Shown here piece after piece: positions 38,219 through 50,150 of a stretch of 64,000 bases of DNA. The translations under genes and the position numbers were made by a program. The DNA comes from Zootoca vivipara (taxonomy: Eukaryota). Below the pieces are notes generated by a model, which worked only from the letters and a program-made list of their open reading frames with translations, did no database searches and had not been told where the DNA came from. The DNA lies in NCBI RefSeq assembly GCF_963506605.1, contig NC_083282.1, positions 34,038,001 to 34,102,000 of the forward strand, written 5' to 3'. Each line of letters starts with the position of its first letter. Position 1 is the stretch's first letter.

Positions 38219-38242
38219 GTCTAAATTAATCTTACTAACCCA

Positions 38243-38352
38243 AGCCCTCCAGATGTTGCTGGACTACAATTCCCAACCATCACTGGCCAGTGGTCATGCT
38301 GACTGGGGTGATGGAAGGTGAAGCCCAACATCTGGAGTGCCACAGGTTCTCC
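38243..38352. mobile_element. Degenerate hAT-type MITE
   Basis: gccctccagatgttgctggactacaattccc...caacatctggag...caggttctcc. Confidence 0.7.
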
Positions 38353-38563
38353 ATTAGTAGTATGGAAATCTGCTTAATTGTGCAACTACCAAGAATGCAA
38401 GAGCATATGGGAACAGCTGTAGAATCCCAGAAGGGTGAAAGCAACTACAAAGAAACAGGAATTAAAATAAAACAAAGAACTGTTGTAAATAAATAATTAA
38501 CCAGCAAAACATATTCACTATTACAACATGAGTATTTCTCACTGCAGGTGGGGAGCTACTCAC

Positions 38564-38728
38564 ATCCAAGGCTGGGGTGGACAGGAGAACATGTGTTGAC
38601 TGGGCTACATCAGCCGCATGGAGACTGTTGTGGTAGGCCACATCGGAATGGTAGTGGTCTTCCAAAGTCATCATGTAAGCTATGAAGGTATCTGATGAGA
38701 TCTTGAATGTCTTTAGCAGATCTCTCTC
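38564..38728 (-). CDS. PDE4B: PDE4B exon (ERDLLKTF...YHNSLHAAD...PALD), 165 nt
   Basis: AG/GT boundaries; HNxxH catalytic motif. Confidence 0.97.
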
Positions 38729-38852
38729 CTGTTTCAAGGTAATTTAAATTGCAGAAGGTTATAAGGTGATGCAGGATGGGATGGGACTCTTTGTTGTTGC
38801 TGCCTTTAAATGCAACCATCTGAAGCAATATATAACCAGTGAAATTACGAAC

Positions 38853-38951
38853 CTGAAAAATAGCATACATAATGCAGGTGAGAGGTCTACTGTGTGAATA
38901 TCTTGCAACGTTAAATATGTTCAGACCCCATTTATTCAGATCCTCCAGCTC
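38853..38951 (-). CDS. PDE4B: PDE4B exon ([33 protein letters not shown]), 99 nt
   Basis: AG acceptor; donor GTTCGT; phase 0/0. Confidence 0.96.
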
Positions 38952-39174
38952 CTAGAGGGGAAGAAAATACTCAATATTAAACCAAAAAATAATGGATATA
39001 CAACACTAATGCAATGAAGCCAAGTCCATAAGTAGTCTCTAGCTATATTTATAAACTCAAAACTCTCTCTCTCTCGAACACTAATAAGATAGTTATCAAA
39101 AGAACATTATATATCATGTAAAAGGAACAAGGAAGAACATCTCTTCCTAAACTGCAGCTACGTATTTGAACATA

Positions 39175-39394
39175 CAGTCGTACCTTGGTTTCGAGCTTAG
39201 TTCTTGAACGTTTTGGCTCCCGAACGCCACAAACCCGGAAGTGATTGTTCCAGTTTGTGAACTATTTTTGGAAGTTGAACATCCGACGGGGTTTCCGCAG
39301 GTTTCCAATCAGAAGCCGTGCTTTGGTTTCCGAACGTTTTGGAAGTTGAACGGACTTCCGGAACGGGTTCCGTTTGACTTCCAAAGTACGACTG
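39175..39394. mobile_element. Tigger/pogo-type MITE
   Basis: TA TSD; TIR cagtcgtaccttgg...ccaaagtacgactg. Confidence 0.85.
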
Positions 39395-39648
39395 TATTTA
39401 TCAATTTTTTGCTACCATGCCAGCACCAATTATATGCTAGGGAGTAGTGAGTCAAAACTAGACCCTGTACAGTGATGGTGAATTCTTAAACTACATAAGA
39501 GAATACTTTTCTGATATAATCAGAATACACTTTTGAATACTGGTGTTATATACTATATTAAGCAGCTGATCAAAATGTCTCTCTCCATTGGTAGCAAGTG
39601 GTATCTTACACCAAAAGACTAAAATAACGATAAGTTAATTGCACTCAC

Positions 39649-39824
39649 TTTGGCTAGATGGTCTTCCTTTTCTGTTTTCACACCAAATCTTGAAATGCTA
39701 GTATTATTCAAGCTTGAACTATGCATTAGCTTTTTCACACCACTGATCTGTGTCATGAGCTGCTTCTTCTTTTTCTCTCTATCCTTCTGTGTGGGAGAGG
39801 GAATCTCCACATCATTCTGTTTGT
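39649..39824 (-). CDS. PDE4B: PDE4B exon ((D)[10 protein letters not shown]...EDHLAK), 176 nt, LR2 region
   Basis: AG/GT boundaries, phase 1/0; PDE4B-type LR2 sequence. Confidence 0.97.
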
Positions 39825-40596
39825 CTGTGAAGAACATATAGAGAAATGAATTACAAAGTTTATGAAACAAAGTATCATTGTTTTAATATCACTTGTGTAC
39901 AATGTTTGTATTATACCGGTTGCTTATTCAAAATAGTTTATACAATTTAATGGATTTATAAATCTAATGTTTGGATACTGTTACAAATAAAGACAAAAAC
40001 TACTACTATTGCCAAGGTTACTTTTAATGATTAATAACCAAAGGTGGAGCTATGTGAAGGATGAAGTCAACGGGAGCCATTTATGGCAAAAGGGACCAAT
40101 ATCACTGACAATTATAATACAGTGATATCATCACTATTTGTTCAATAGATATTTTGTGTACTTGATCAGTGCTTGGATAAAGATTGTGGATCAAAGTGTT
40201 TACTTTGTGGGTCAAAGTGTTCAACTCACTTAAGAATATCCACTGAAGACAAACGAGTTATTTTTACTTGGTGGTAAAACAAGAGTAAAAACATTAAAAA
40301 TGTCACTGTGTGTGTGTGTGTTCACAATCCTAAGTGAAATGTGGACTTTCCGATTAATTCTCTGTGTGTCAAAATGCCTATTTACCAACATTACTTTGGG
40401 GGAAAAAAACATAGGTTAACACTATGATTAATACCGCTGTTCCTGTGTTGGATTATTTAGAATAATCATGCTGGTTAGTGTTACTACTCCTTAGTTTTAA
40501 CTAAGTGCAGCTACATCACTGAAGCATCATTGTGCCTCTAAGAACAACCCTGCCTGCCCATCAGAGCCTGACCATGCTTGTTAAAATCTAAACTTA

Positions 40597-40728
<132 letters not shown>

Positions 40729-41368
40729 CTATTGGTAATTAGAAGAAAAGAAAACACAAATCATCAGGTTTTTTTGAGTGATGCATGCACAGTAAATAAA
40801 ATGGGACATTATTACAGTAACTAACTTAAAGATGACATCATTCAGCAATGCCTTTATAGATAAACTATAAACATATAAGAAATATTTTTAGACCACATGG
40901 TGCGATTTAAGGTTATGGTGCTGTCAGTTTTTAAAAATATCATTTTAAAAAGGCAGATACATTTTACCTAATTCTGGAAAACTATGTCGATTTTAGAGCA
41001 GTTTTTGGTCTCACAAGTTATAAACCTGTCCTAAATCTTGATCATGAACGATTTAGCAATTTCCCACATACAATACAAAAGCAACATCAATTTATAGAAT
41101 TTTTTTGCCAGGGGAAAAATGAAATGTTAATATGACATTTGGCTGGATTATCAAGTTGCATACAACTTAAATATACTTTGTGTAAATGATCATAAAATGA
41201 TGCTCCTATTTTTCATGACATTCTGTTTGTATGGCAATATTACACCTCACTGTAAAAGTATCTAACATGTTTAAGGCTATATAGCAATAAATATGATTCT
41301 GATATATACTTTACATATAAATAACACAACTGGATATTATTATTTGCTTTTCTTTATTTTAAACCCAC

Positions 41369-41416
41369 CTTGATATAACCCCAAGATACAGATAACAAAT
41401 AGTTTGCCTCAGGCAT
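41369..41416 (-). CDS. PDE4B: PDE4B super-short isoform (PDE4B5-type) first coding exon, MPEANYLLSVSWGYIK
   Basis: ATG at 41416; 48 nt; donor AAG|gtgggt; peptide matches the known PDE4B5/PDE4D6 N-terminus and splices in frame to FKRMLN. Confidence 0.93.
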
Positions 41417-41970
41417 TTTTGGAAGATTTTGCACGCCAAAAGTGAGAAATCTCTTATGAAGAATTTGCAGATCAGAGGGGGGAACTCCTCAGGAAGAAGG
41501 ATTTCCCAGTCAGTGAGATTAATATTGGTAAAAGTCAACAATTCCTGTAATAATGGCTACTTGCTACTCCAAGACAACACCAAGGTTTGTATTCCAGTTT
41601 TGCAGAAAAGAATGTATTGTTGGAGGCTTTGTCAGCAAAACACGCACACAAAAATGATATAAAAGGGCTGCGGAGAGGAGTGAGAGCTATTCCAACTGTT
41701 TCCAGCAAGCTGCCTTAAAGCACTTATGAATATTATGAATAATCCTGGTTGCTTAGTTGTCTGAAGGGGGTCTCTAGATTAGTGTTCCTTTGCTGAACTG
41801 AGCGAAAAGAATTGACGGCTGCTTTTGTAGGCATTGCTGGATTTAGCTATACAGCCATGTTTTCAAAAGAAAGATTAAAATGGAGGAAGCCCTGTGCATA
41901 TCTAAACAAGGCAAAATAAGGCGAGCAGTCCCCCTCCTCCTCCTCCTCCAGATCACTGCGTTGCCATGAT

Positions 41971-41981
41971 GGGAAATCCCC
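41971..41981. promoter_or_regulatory. NF-kB consensus site upstream of the super-short first exon
   Basis: GGGAAATCCCC (reverse GGGGATTTCCC) fits GGGRNWYYCC. Confidence 0.4.
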
Positions 41982-42964
41982 TTTCACTCACAGAGATTTT
42001 TAAACACAGCTTTAGGACACTGATTTAAAATTATAATTGTTTTCTCCCTACCCATTCCAATATGATTTTGTATTTCTTTACATATACAGAGAAGACACAT
42101 ATGCTCACATCTGGCTAAGAAGTATTTTAATGTTTCAATGCAAAGAAAACCAGACAGCTTTCACTTCTGAAATTCTTAGCAAACATAGAAAGCTATGTTA
42201 TATCTGCAGAGCAAAATGTAAGATGATTTCCATAGCCTGTTCCCTAAAATAAGTTGTTCAGAAGCCCAATTTGGTGTAGGCTGCTGCATGTTTTCATTTG
42301 CAAGCCCAGGCTGCAAAGGAACTACTGCATGCAAACGCTGCCTCTTCTTATGTCAGTATATGAATCTACACTAAAAGCACTCAATAAAGTGAAATAAATC
42401 AGACTGAATGATTGTTGTCATTTAAAGCACATTTGCACCGCTTTTGTCTCTCCCCCCCCCAACCACTTTAGGAGTCAGTGATATTCTAAAAATTAAGGTG
42501 AGCTTAATATTATTTCTGTTTTTAATTAGCAGCCAGCATAGGTTTATAATGTAAAGCTGCTTTCTTCCCCACCCCCACCCCAAACCCCCACCACATATCT
42601 CATTCCCTTCTTCAAGAGTTCATATACAGCTGGTCAAAAGAATACCACAGTACTATGGCAACAGCACCACATGACAACCACCCTCCTTTACAGAAAGGCT
42701 TCCCTTCAGATTACTGTCATGCAGCCCTAATCACCTGCTACAGGAATTCCAAGAGTGCTTTAAGCAAATTGGAAGCTAATTCCTGAGATCTAAAGTGGGG
42801 GGGTGGGGAGATGTAAAGCAAGTCTAGTAATATTATAGAATCTTCGTCTCTTAGGACAAATAAATTCCTGCTATTTATTGGTTCAAACCTCAGCTACAAA
42901 AGCTTCGACCAGAAAAATATTTTTATCTACTTCTTAAAAGCTGTTAAGCATTTTTGGTACCAGA

Positions 42965-42980
42965 ATCATGACGTCATGAT
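42965..42980. promoter_or_regulatory. Full CRE within a 16-bp perfect palindrome
   Basis: atcaTGACGTCAtgat, about 1.55 kb upstream of the super-short ATG. Confidence 0.5.
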
Positions 42981-45900
42981 CTATATCATGATAGAATACA
43001 TATGAGCTATAAAGAATAGTCTTTTATATGTAAGTTGCATTAGAAGTTTTATTCTTTCTTCAGTCACAAAGTGATTTATTCAATATGACCTTTAACAACA
43101 GAAAACAGTAACATTTGTTTCTTTTACCTAATTGGGTAGAGAAACATTTTATTTACTCTCCTTTCAGGCAATAGATCATGTTTTGATTTTTTAAAAAAAT
43201 CAAATGCTTAAAATAGTATACAGGTATGTTTAGCTATTGTTTAGCTAAATTCCTTGTTTGGTCTTTACCGCATATGAAGAACCAGCCTGCCCAGAAATTT
43301 AAATTGTACCCCATGCCCAGATATTATGTAAATAATTTCTTAGACTCCTTGTTTGCTTGCAACAAGATAAGCTAAATGTTGAAATTCAAGCTACATAAAC
43401 GTGCTGTTAAGAAGTAGAGTCCTCTGCTAACTCTACTCTGCAGGACTAAAAAAGCTTGACCTGAAGACGTTCCATTGGAATTGACTGACCAATCACCACC
43501 GCTAAACAGAAGTTGCACGGGAATTTCTCCATCCTAACAGGTAGAAACAAGATTGGTTTCCAATAAACCATTTATGAACCTTATTCTTATCTGCCTCCAC
43601 CTTGAGAGCCACCTTTGACTGGTAGATGGGACATCCCACATGTCAATCATTTGACATCATTGTGGGCTTGCTAATTGCTTCACGCACCACTTCCCAAAAT
43701 GCTTTACACAGCCAGCTGGTTGTTGGGTGCTTGGGAACTGGAGCACAAGGGGCTTAGTCAGCCCTGTGGCTGATGCTTGGGAAGTGCTAAGCGCAGGGCT
43801 TGCAAAATACATTGTGCAGGGCTTCCCAAATGCCCGAGAGCCAGCTGGCTTTGGGGCATTCTGGAAGCACTGCACAATGTCCTTTCTTCTCAGCCCTGTT
43901 TTTAGTGCTTACCAAGCGTTGGGACAGCAAAGTGGATTTCTCCAAGGATCGGCTATGCAATCGGCTTCCCCATGGGAAATCAGTTGCACAGCTGGTCCTA
44001 CAGGTTTGAACTCACCACACATCAGCTGATCGATAAACCATAACCATAACAGAATTCCCCCATCCCTCCACACACCAGAATACCCTATGATGTTCACAGA
44101 TCTGAAGTGATTGCTGTGAAAATGAAATAGCTCCAAGTTGTGATGGGAAGCAGTAAGGGATTCGTTCAGAAGCCATGAATAATTTTGACTCCAGAACAAA
44201 ATACTCAAGACTGAAAACTAGTGGCAGCAGAACAAGATCTGTTAGACACATACTCTTCAGTCCTCTATGCGACTGCTTAGTTTATTTTCCCAAGTGGGCT
44301 ATATACGCAGTGACAGGAAAACTGAACAAGTTGTATAACCAGTTCAATGGCAACACGAACCTTGCTAACAGCAGCCTATGTTGTGTCTTTAAGACTGCAT
44401 GAAGAACACACAGCCAATAATAGCTATACATGTTTTGTCCAAGTAAAAAACAAATCTGAGAATCGGCTGTCAAAAATGTTAAGAGCTTTTAGCTACTCCG
44501 CCTCATTACTACTCCTACAGTACTCAGCTGCCCGCACTTTCTACAGTTTGGGTTTGAATGGGAAATATGTGATTGAATACTTTGGATTTTGGAGCCAAAA
44601 TCTGAAATGCTAGAAGAGAAAACACACAATCCTGGTGTTTATGAACAAACCACAAAGAGTTCTGAAATATAAATATAAGCTACAACGTATCTGAACCATT
44701 TCCTTTACAGACTGTGAAAAGAAGTCTTTTAAATTGACTGCCAGCATTGTGTGCTTCCAAGTGGGTGCTCTGGGAGAAGCATCACATGGACAAGAGGCAG
44801 CTTCTGGTGTGCGTCACTCTCCGACCGGCTCATGATGGGTTTGCTCAGGAATATGTCATAAGATATGGGCAAGAGAAGGTGTGAATGATGCTCCCTGTGA
44901 AGGTCAGGAATCCCAGCCACGTAGGCGCAGGGGAATGGCTTTCAAGCTCATGAATCTCATTTAGGACTCAGATCAATGGACTAGTGCGCCAACAACCTAG
45001 TCAAAAGTGAAAGAACGTCAGGCTTTCAATTAAGGAAGATTTTATTCTGAGAACCAAATCAATATAATCTAAGACATTTAATTTTATATTGAACACAAAT
45101 GTATGGCTCTGCAATATTAATAAGGAAGTTTGAACAGGAAGTGGTTTTCTTAAATTTGCTTACAGTTGGGGAAATAATATATATAAACCGACCAGCAGTC
45201 TACAGGGGAGAATTGCCTTTCTGCTCATGTTTGAAGAGCCCAGCCATCTATAAATTAAATAAGGCCTCTATGAGAGCAGGCTGAATAGTCACCTTCCAGA
45301 AGACTGCATAGGTCTCAGAAAAAGTTCCTCTCAAACTCATTGCCCAAAATTCCTTTGCTCACAATACACTTCCTTTCAGATGGATGTGTACAAATAACAG
45401 TGAAATCCTTTGCATGTCTATTCAAAGGTAAGCTCTATTAGGTTCAATGGGAGGTGTGTGTGCATATAACATGACAACAACCGTCATCATGAACATGACA
45501 AGAACCTAGACCAATCTAGCCCAGCATTCTGTTTTCAGGGTTTATGCTCCCTTAACTTTCCTCTGCTTTTTTCAGGCATGACCTGTGATTTAAAGCTCAA
45601 TTGGAGCAAACGTCCCTTTGCAGCAAACCCAAATTGACGTTTGCTCTGATTTAGCTTTAAAGAGTGGGTTTTTGCTCTTTAAAGCTCAGGGGGACAAAAA
45701 CAAAACAAAACCCCGCCACCAACAAAAGGCAAGTGTGGAAAAGCCCTCAGAATGGACAACCAAATGCTTATAGGAAGCCCACAAGCCTAAATGGCAATCT
45801 GAAGAAGCACCAGTCTAATTGGATGCTACTGGAAGTTAGGCATGCCTGAACCTAATTTGGATCAATTGAGCAAGTGCTGAATTCAGAACAGGGGTCCATT

Positions 45901-46954
45901 GATGTCAGTTGCATTCAGATATGCTGCTTAACTTTCTCTTGGTTTTTGCCATGCCCAAGTGTTGTGCCACTCAGTGGAATTTCTGCGATAAAGGCGGGGA
46001 GGAACATAGAGGGCACTGATAAGTTATGACTCTGCTTAACAAAATGTAATCCAGTGACATTTTGAAGCAACTGGTATATAGATAAATTGCTTGCTTGGTC
46101 AGCAACTTCAGCAACATTGAGTATGCACCATACAAACAAGCCTTTATAACATTTTATATGGAGCACTGACTGATGTCAGATGCTGCATAGAAACACAATT
46201 GTGCCTGCAGGGTAAGCAAATACTGATCTCCCTGAATAAATCCATGAATACTAGTGTAGTCCTCTGTAAATATTTTTTTAAAATCTAAATTACTAACAGT
46301 GACATGTAAAATACCTATTGCATATAAGCAAGAGAAAATTATAACTACTTTGGGTTAGGTAAGTTGAATGAATGCAGCAGTTTGTATATCTCAGTGAGCT
46401 TTCACAACTTATTTTGCATTCATAATTTTCCCCCACATGTAGAGTGAGATTAAATTGTATTATTTTAATTAAGACAGTGAAATAAAGGTACTGCATACAC
46501 ATAATCAGTTACAAGATCACACTTTGTGAACATCTGAATACTGTAGATGATTACGCTTAAAACCCATTCTATCATTATCTTTTAACAATGGTCAATGCAA
46601 ATGTAAAGCTGTGAAAAATAGATCCCAATTGTGAAGTTTTCCTGTTATGCATGTTTTCAAGCTACTGTAAAAACAATTATCAGCTAATTAACTGCCAGAC
46701 ATTGAGTCATTCTTCAGTTAATAGGTTTTCCTATTGTAAGAATTGCTAAGTATGGTGGTGTCCCTGCTTTTCTTGTTGTTTTTAAAAACACTGCACTTGC
46801 AATTCTTTAAAAGGCTTTGGGAAGTACTACTTCAGATTTGCATTAATGTTGATGTTTTACATTTACAGTAATAAATTAGTCATCTCCTTCTCTTTACTCA
46901 AAAGACAGATGGCAATTTGACCAGTGAGCCAACTATATCCACTGACTATCCCTT

Positions 46955-47190
46955 CAAAGACTTAGGTCCAGCTCCGAGGGCCTTCTGGCAGTTCCCTCCC
47001 TGAGAGAAGTGAAGCTGCAGGGAACCAGGCAGAGGGCCTTCTTGGTGGTGGCGCCCACCCTGTGGAACGCCCTCCCACCAGACGTCAAGGAAATAAACAA
47101 CTATCTGTTTTTAATATTTGATGTTCTATTGTGCTTTTAACTCTGTTGGAAGCCGTCCAGAGCAGCTGGAGGAAACCCAGCCAGATGGGT

Positions 47191-47191
<1 letters not shown>
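46955..47191 (+). mobile_element. L2-type LINE 3' fragment
   Basis: Same family as 21385-21737 (agggccttcttggtggtggcgcccaccctgtggaacgccctccc ... cccagccagatggg). Confidence 0.8.

Positions 47192-47224
<33 letters not shown>
47191..47224. repeat. (TG)n microsatellite
   Basis: About 16 TG units at the LINE tail. Confidence 0.95.
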
Positions 47225-47225
<1 letters not shown>

Positions 47226-48151
47226 TCCTGGGTAAATTTGTTTATCAATGTCTCTCACATCAACTGCATGAACTTACTATTAGAACTGACTATTAGTTCT
47301 TGCTACTGAGCTCACATCCCACATAATTATCTCAGCAACTAGTTCTTGTCTATTTAATATAGAGTACACTGGGCATAATCTACCTGTCTCAAGGCAGTAG
47401 ATGGACTTGATGGTTTCCCCTCACACTTTCTAGTCCTGTTTTCTAAAATAAGTGCCAGTGCCAAGAATGAGGATTTTCAGCATGCTGGACCAATGCTGGA
47501 CACATGGAATGATGGAATGTTCAATTAACCCCTTTCGGTCAATTTCATGATAAATTACAACCTTTTTTACATTTCTTAATACTGCTTTCCATGGGAAAGC
47601 ATGGAAGTGCTTGACTAGGAAAGAACTGCATAGGATTTTTAGATTAATTTCAAGTTGTAAGGTATTCAGACGTAATCAAAAGTGAAATCTGTATTCAGCA
47701 AAGATGGAGGCACAAATTTCCTTATTCTGAATATATTAAGCATTAAGGGATAAGGCAGCAGAAAGAGTTAGGAGATGAGTCTGACAGATGGATTGGCAAA
47801 CTTAAGACTTTGTTTAATATGTTCCTGTAGTCCTCCTTGTAAACTGTATTCTTCCCTCCCTGGTATAGATGTCACTTGCAATGCATTCAGATGGAACCTT
47901 TAAGCAGTGTTTTAGATTATTTCACATTATAAGGGTATATCAGGAATCTTGTCAGAGTATTTTCCCCTCTTCTTCTTTCATAGTAAGTAAAACAACACAC
48001 ATCCTCACACATTTTAGCAACTGCCTTTAAATGCATGTCCTGCTTTTTAAAAACAAATCTGGTGCAGAAGGTCCACGTGAAGAAGAAACACAATCAGAGA
48101 TAACATGGGAGAAGTTGGCATTGTCTGGTGCCATGTTTGGGGAAAGAGACT

Positions 48152-48287
48152 CAGGTAACCCCAAACTTCGGCCCACCAGATGTTTTGGACTACAATTCCC
48201 ATCTTCCCCAACCACTGGTCCTGTTAGCTAGGGATCATGGGAGTTGTAGGCCAAAACATCTGGAGGGCTGCAGTTTGGGGATGCCTG
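48152..48287. mobile_element. hAT/Charlie-type palindromic MITE
   Basis: Same family as 8296, reverse orientation. Confidence 0.88.
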
Positions 48288-49894
48288 CTCTTGCTAATCC
48301 CACTAAATTCTTTATTTGGTACCATGTTCAAACTCAAACAAAGGACATGAGTTGTATACAGTTCCAAACAGGATATCAACATCAATTTAGAAAAGGTGAG
48401 AGAATACATGTCTGCACATCACAGAGAGATTTAGTTTTGAATCTTGGCTGAAGAACAAAAATATCAAAAAAAAAGTACATTTTCCTAAATCAGAGTTGGG
48501 TATTCTGCAATCTCTCAAGTTCTAGGTAGGATATTAAAGGTAAATAAACCCCAGTGAGTTATTGAAGTTTGCCCATGAAAGCTAATGGTCATGGCCAACT
48601 TCTGTTCATTAATTCCAAAGGGTCTACACTGAGTAGGACTAGCTTTGGACACAAAGCTTATTATGCCCTATTATTTATATTTCTTTATTTTACGTAAGTT
48701 TTTGAAGTATTTAGTCTATTTTAGCGCTATACAAATGTGTAGCAATGCCAACAGCAACTCCCTAATTTGGCTGTGCATCCTAAATGGGCTCAAAAAACTA
48801 ATATTTGCACAGCTCACCCCTTGCTATAGAAAATAATCTGTTTGCTTTCATCTGTGCTAGAAGAACCTGACTGAAAACAAAGTCAGTTCAGTTATTTTCA
48901 GGTGGAATGTTCCTTAGTACCTCCATAAACTCTTACAAAGAGTTTAGTAATAATAACTTAAGCTACTAGAGAAAGAATGGTCTATTTAACACTTACAATC
49001 ACTAAATTGCTCCAGGGTATGTTTACCTGAGATTTATTATAAGGTTATGATGCATTTATTGATAATAATGGAACACCTCTAATAACTGATTAGTCTAAAC
49101 ATTCTTTTCTGTAGCAACTTTCCCCATTTGCTTAGGCATAAGCCTCTGCCGCAGCAAGGAAAAATAGCTGTAGCCCATCAGGAGAAGGGAATGCCAAACC
49201 AAACCAAATCTAGGCAAAATCCCCTGGTGCACAGCTATTAAACTCTACTTTAAAAAAGTAAAGGGAATGGAAGGAGTAGGTTTGATAGCTGACTGCCCAA
49301 CAGCTAATCTAGACAGTCTTTGGGAGGCTTGTGGCTATTTTGCAATGTATATTAAACAAAGGAAGTTACAGTAAACTGAAAGTAGGAACAGTTTGACACA
49401 CCTTTAGGGAACCATCACGTACCAAGTGAGCAAAATCTAGAGCTTGCAAACTTATAATAAGACACCCCCTTCTTTCCCAATATGGACATTGTGCAATGAG
49501 GCACATAGACAGCTGGAAGGCAGCCAGGAGTTACCTCCAGAGTTTACATTAGTGTCCTCATGTTTAGTTTATTTAGCCTCCTAAAACTGAGGCGTGACCC
49601 TGCGTGTCTTATGTGACTGAAACCCCTTTTGAAATAGTGCAGTGAATGTTTTGTTTACACCAATAGATTTTCATTTACAGATAACAGACAATAGTCTAGT
49701 ATGTAAATTGCTAACAAAAGACAGAATAGAGCCATAATGGAACATTTCAGCAAGCGCCTACGTGATGTAGGGACACATACCCCTTGGAGTTATTTAGGCA
49801 ATTCTGAAAGATCATATCCTGGTGTGCTTTGTGAAGGTCATGGCTCACTTCAGTCAAGTCACATGCCCATAAATAAAGGCAACGAAGTCATAAG

Positions 49895-50150
49895 GTGGGG
49901 CTGGGGGGCTGGAGACCCAAGTCCTATTAGGAAAGGTTGAAGGAGTTGCATATGTTTAGCCTTGAAAAGCTACTGTTAGGAGTAACATGGTTACCATCTC
50001 TAACCATTTGAAAGGGTGTCACATAGATGACTCTTGTCTCTGCTATTCCAGAAGTTAGAACCTGAACCAGTGGGTTCAAATTACAAGCATGGGGATTTCT
50101 GTTAAAAATTAGGAATAGCTTCTTGATGGTATGAGCTGTTTAGATAATCA
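49895..50150 (+). mobile_element. Old CR1 LINE fragment
   Basis: gggctggagacc...gaaaggttgaaggagttgcatatgtttagcc...gggttcaaattacaag, a degenerate CR1 ORF2 3' region. Confidence 0.65.
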
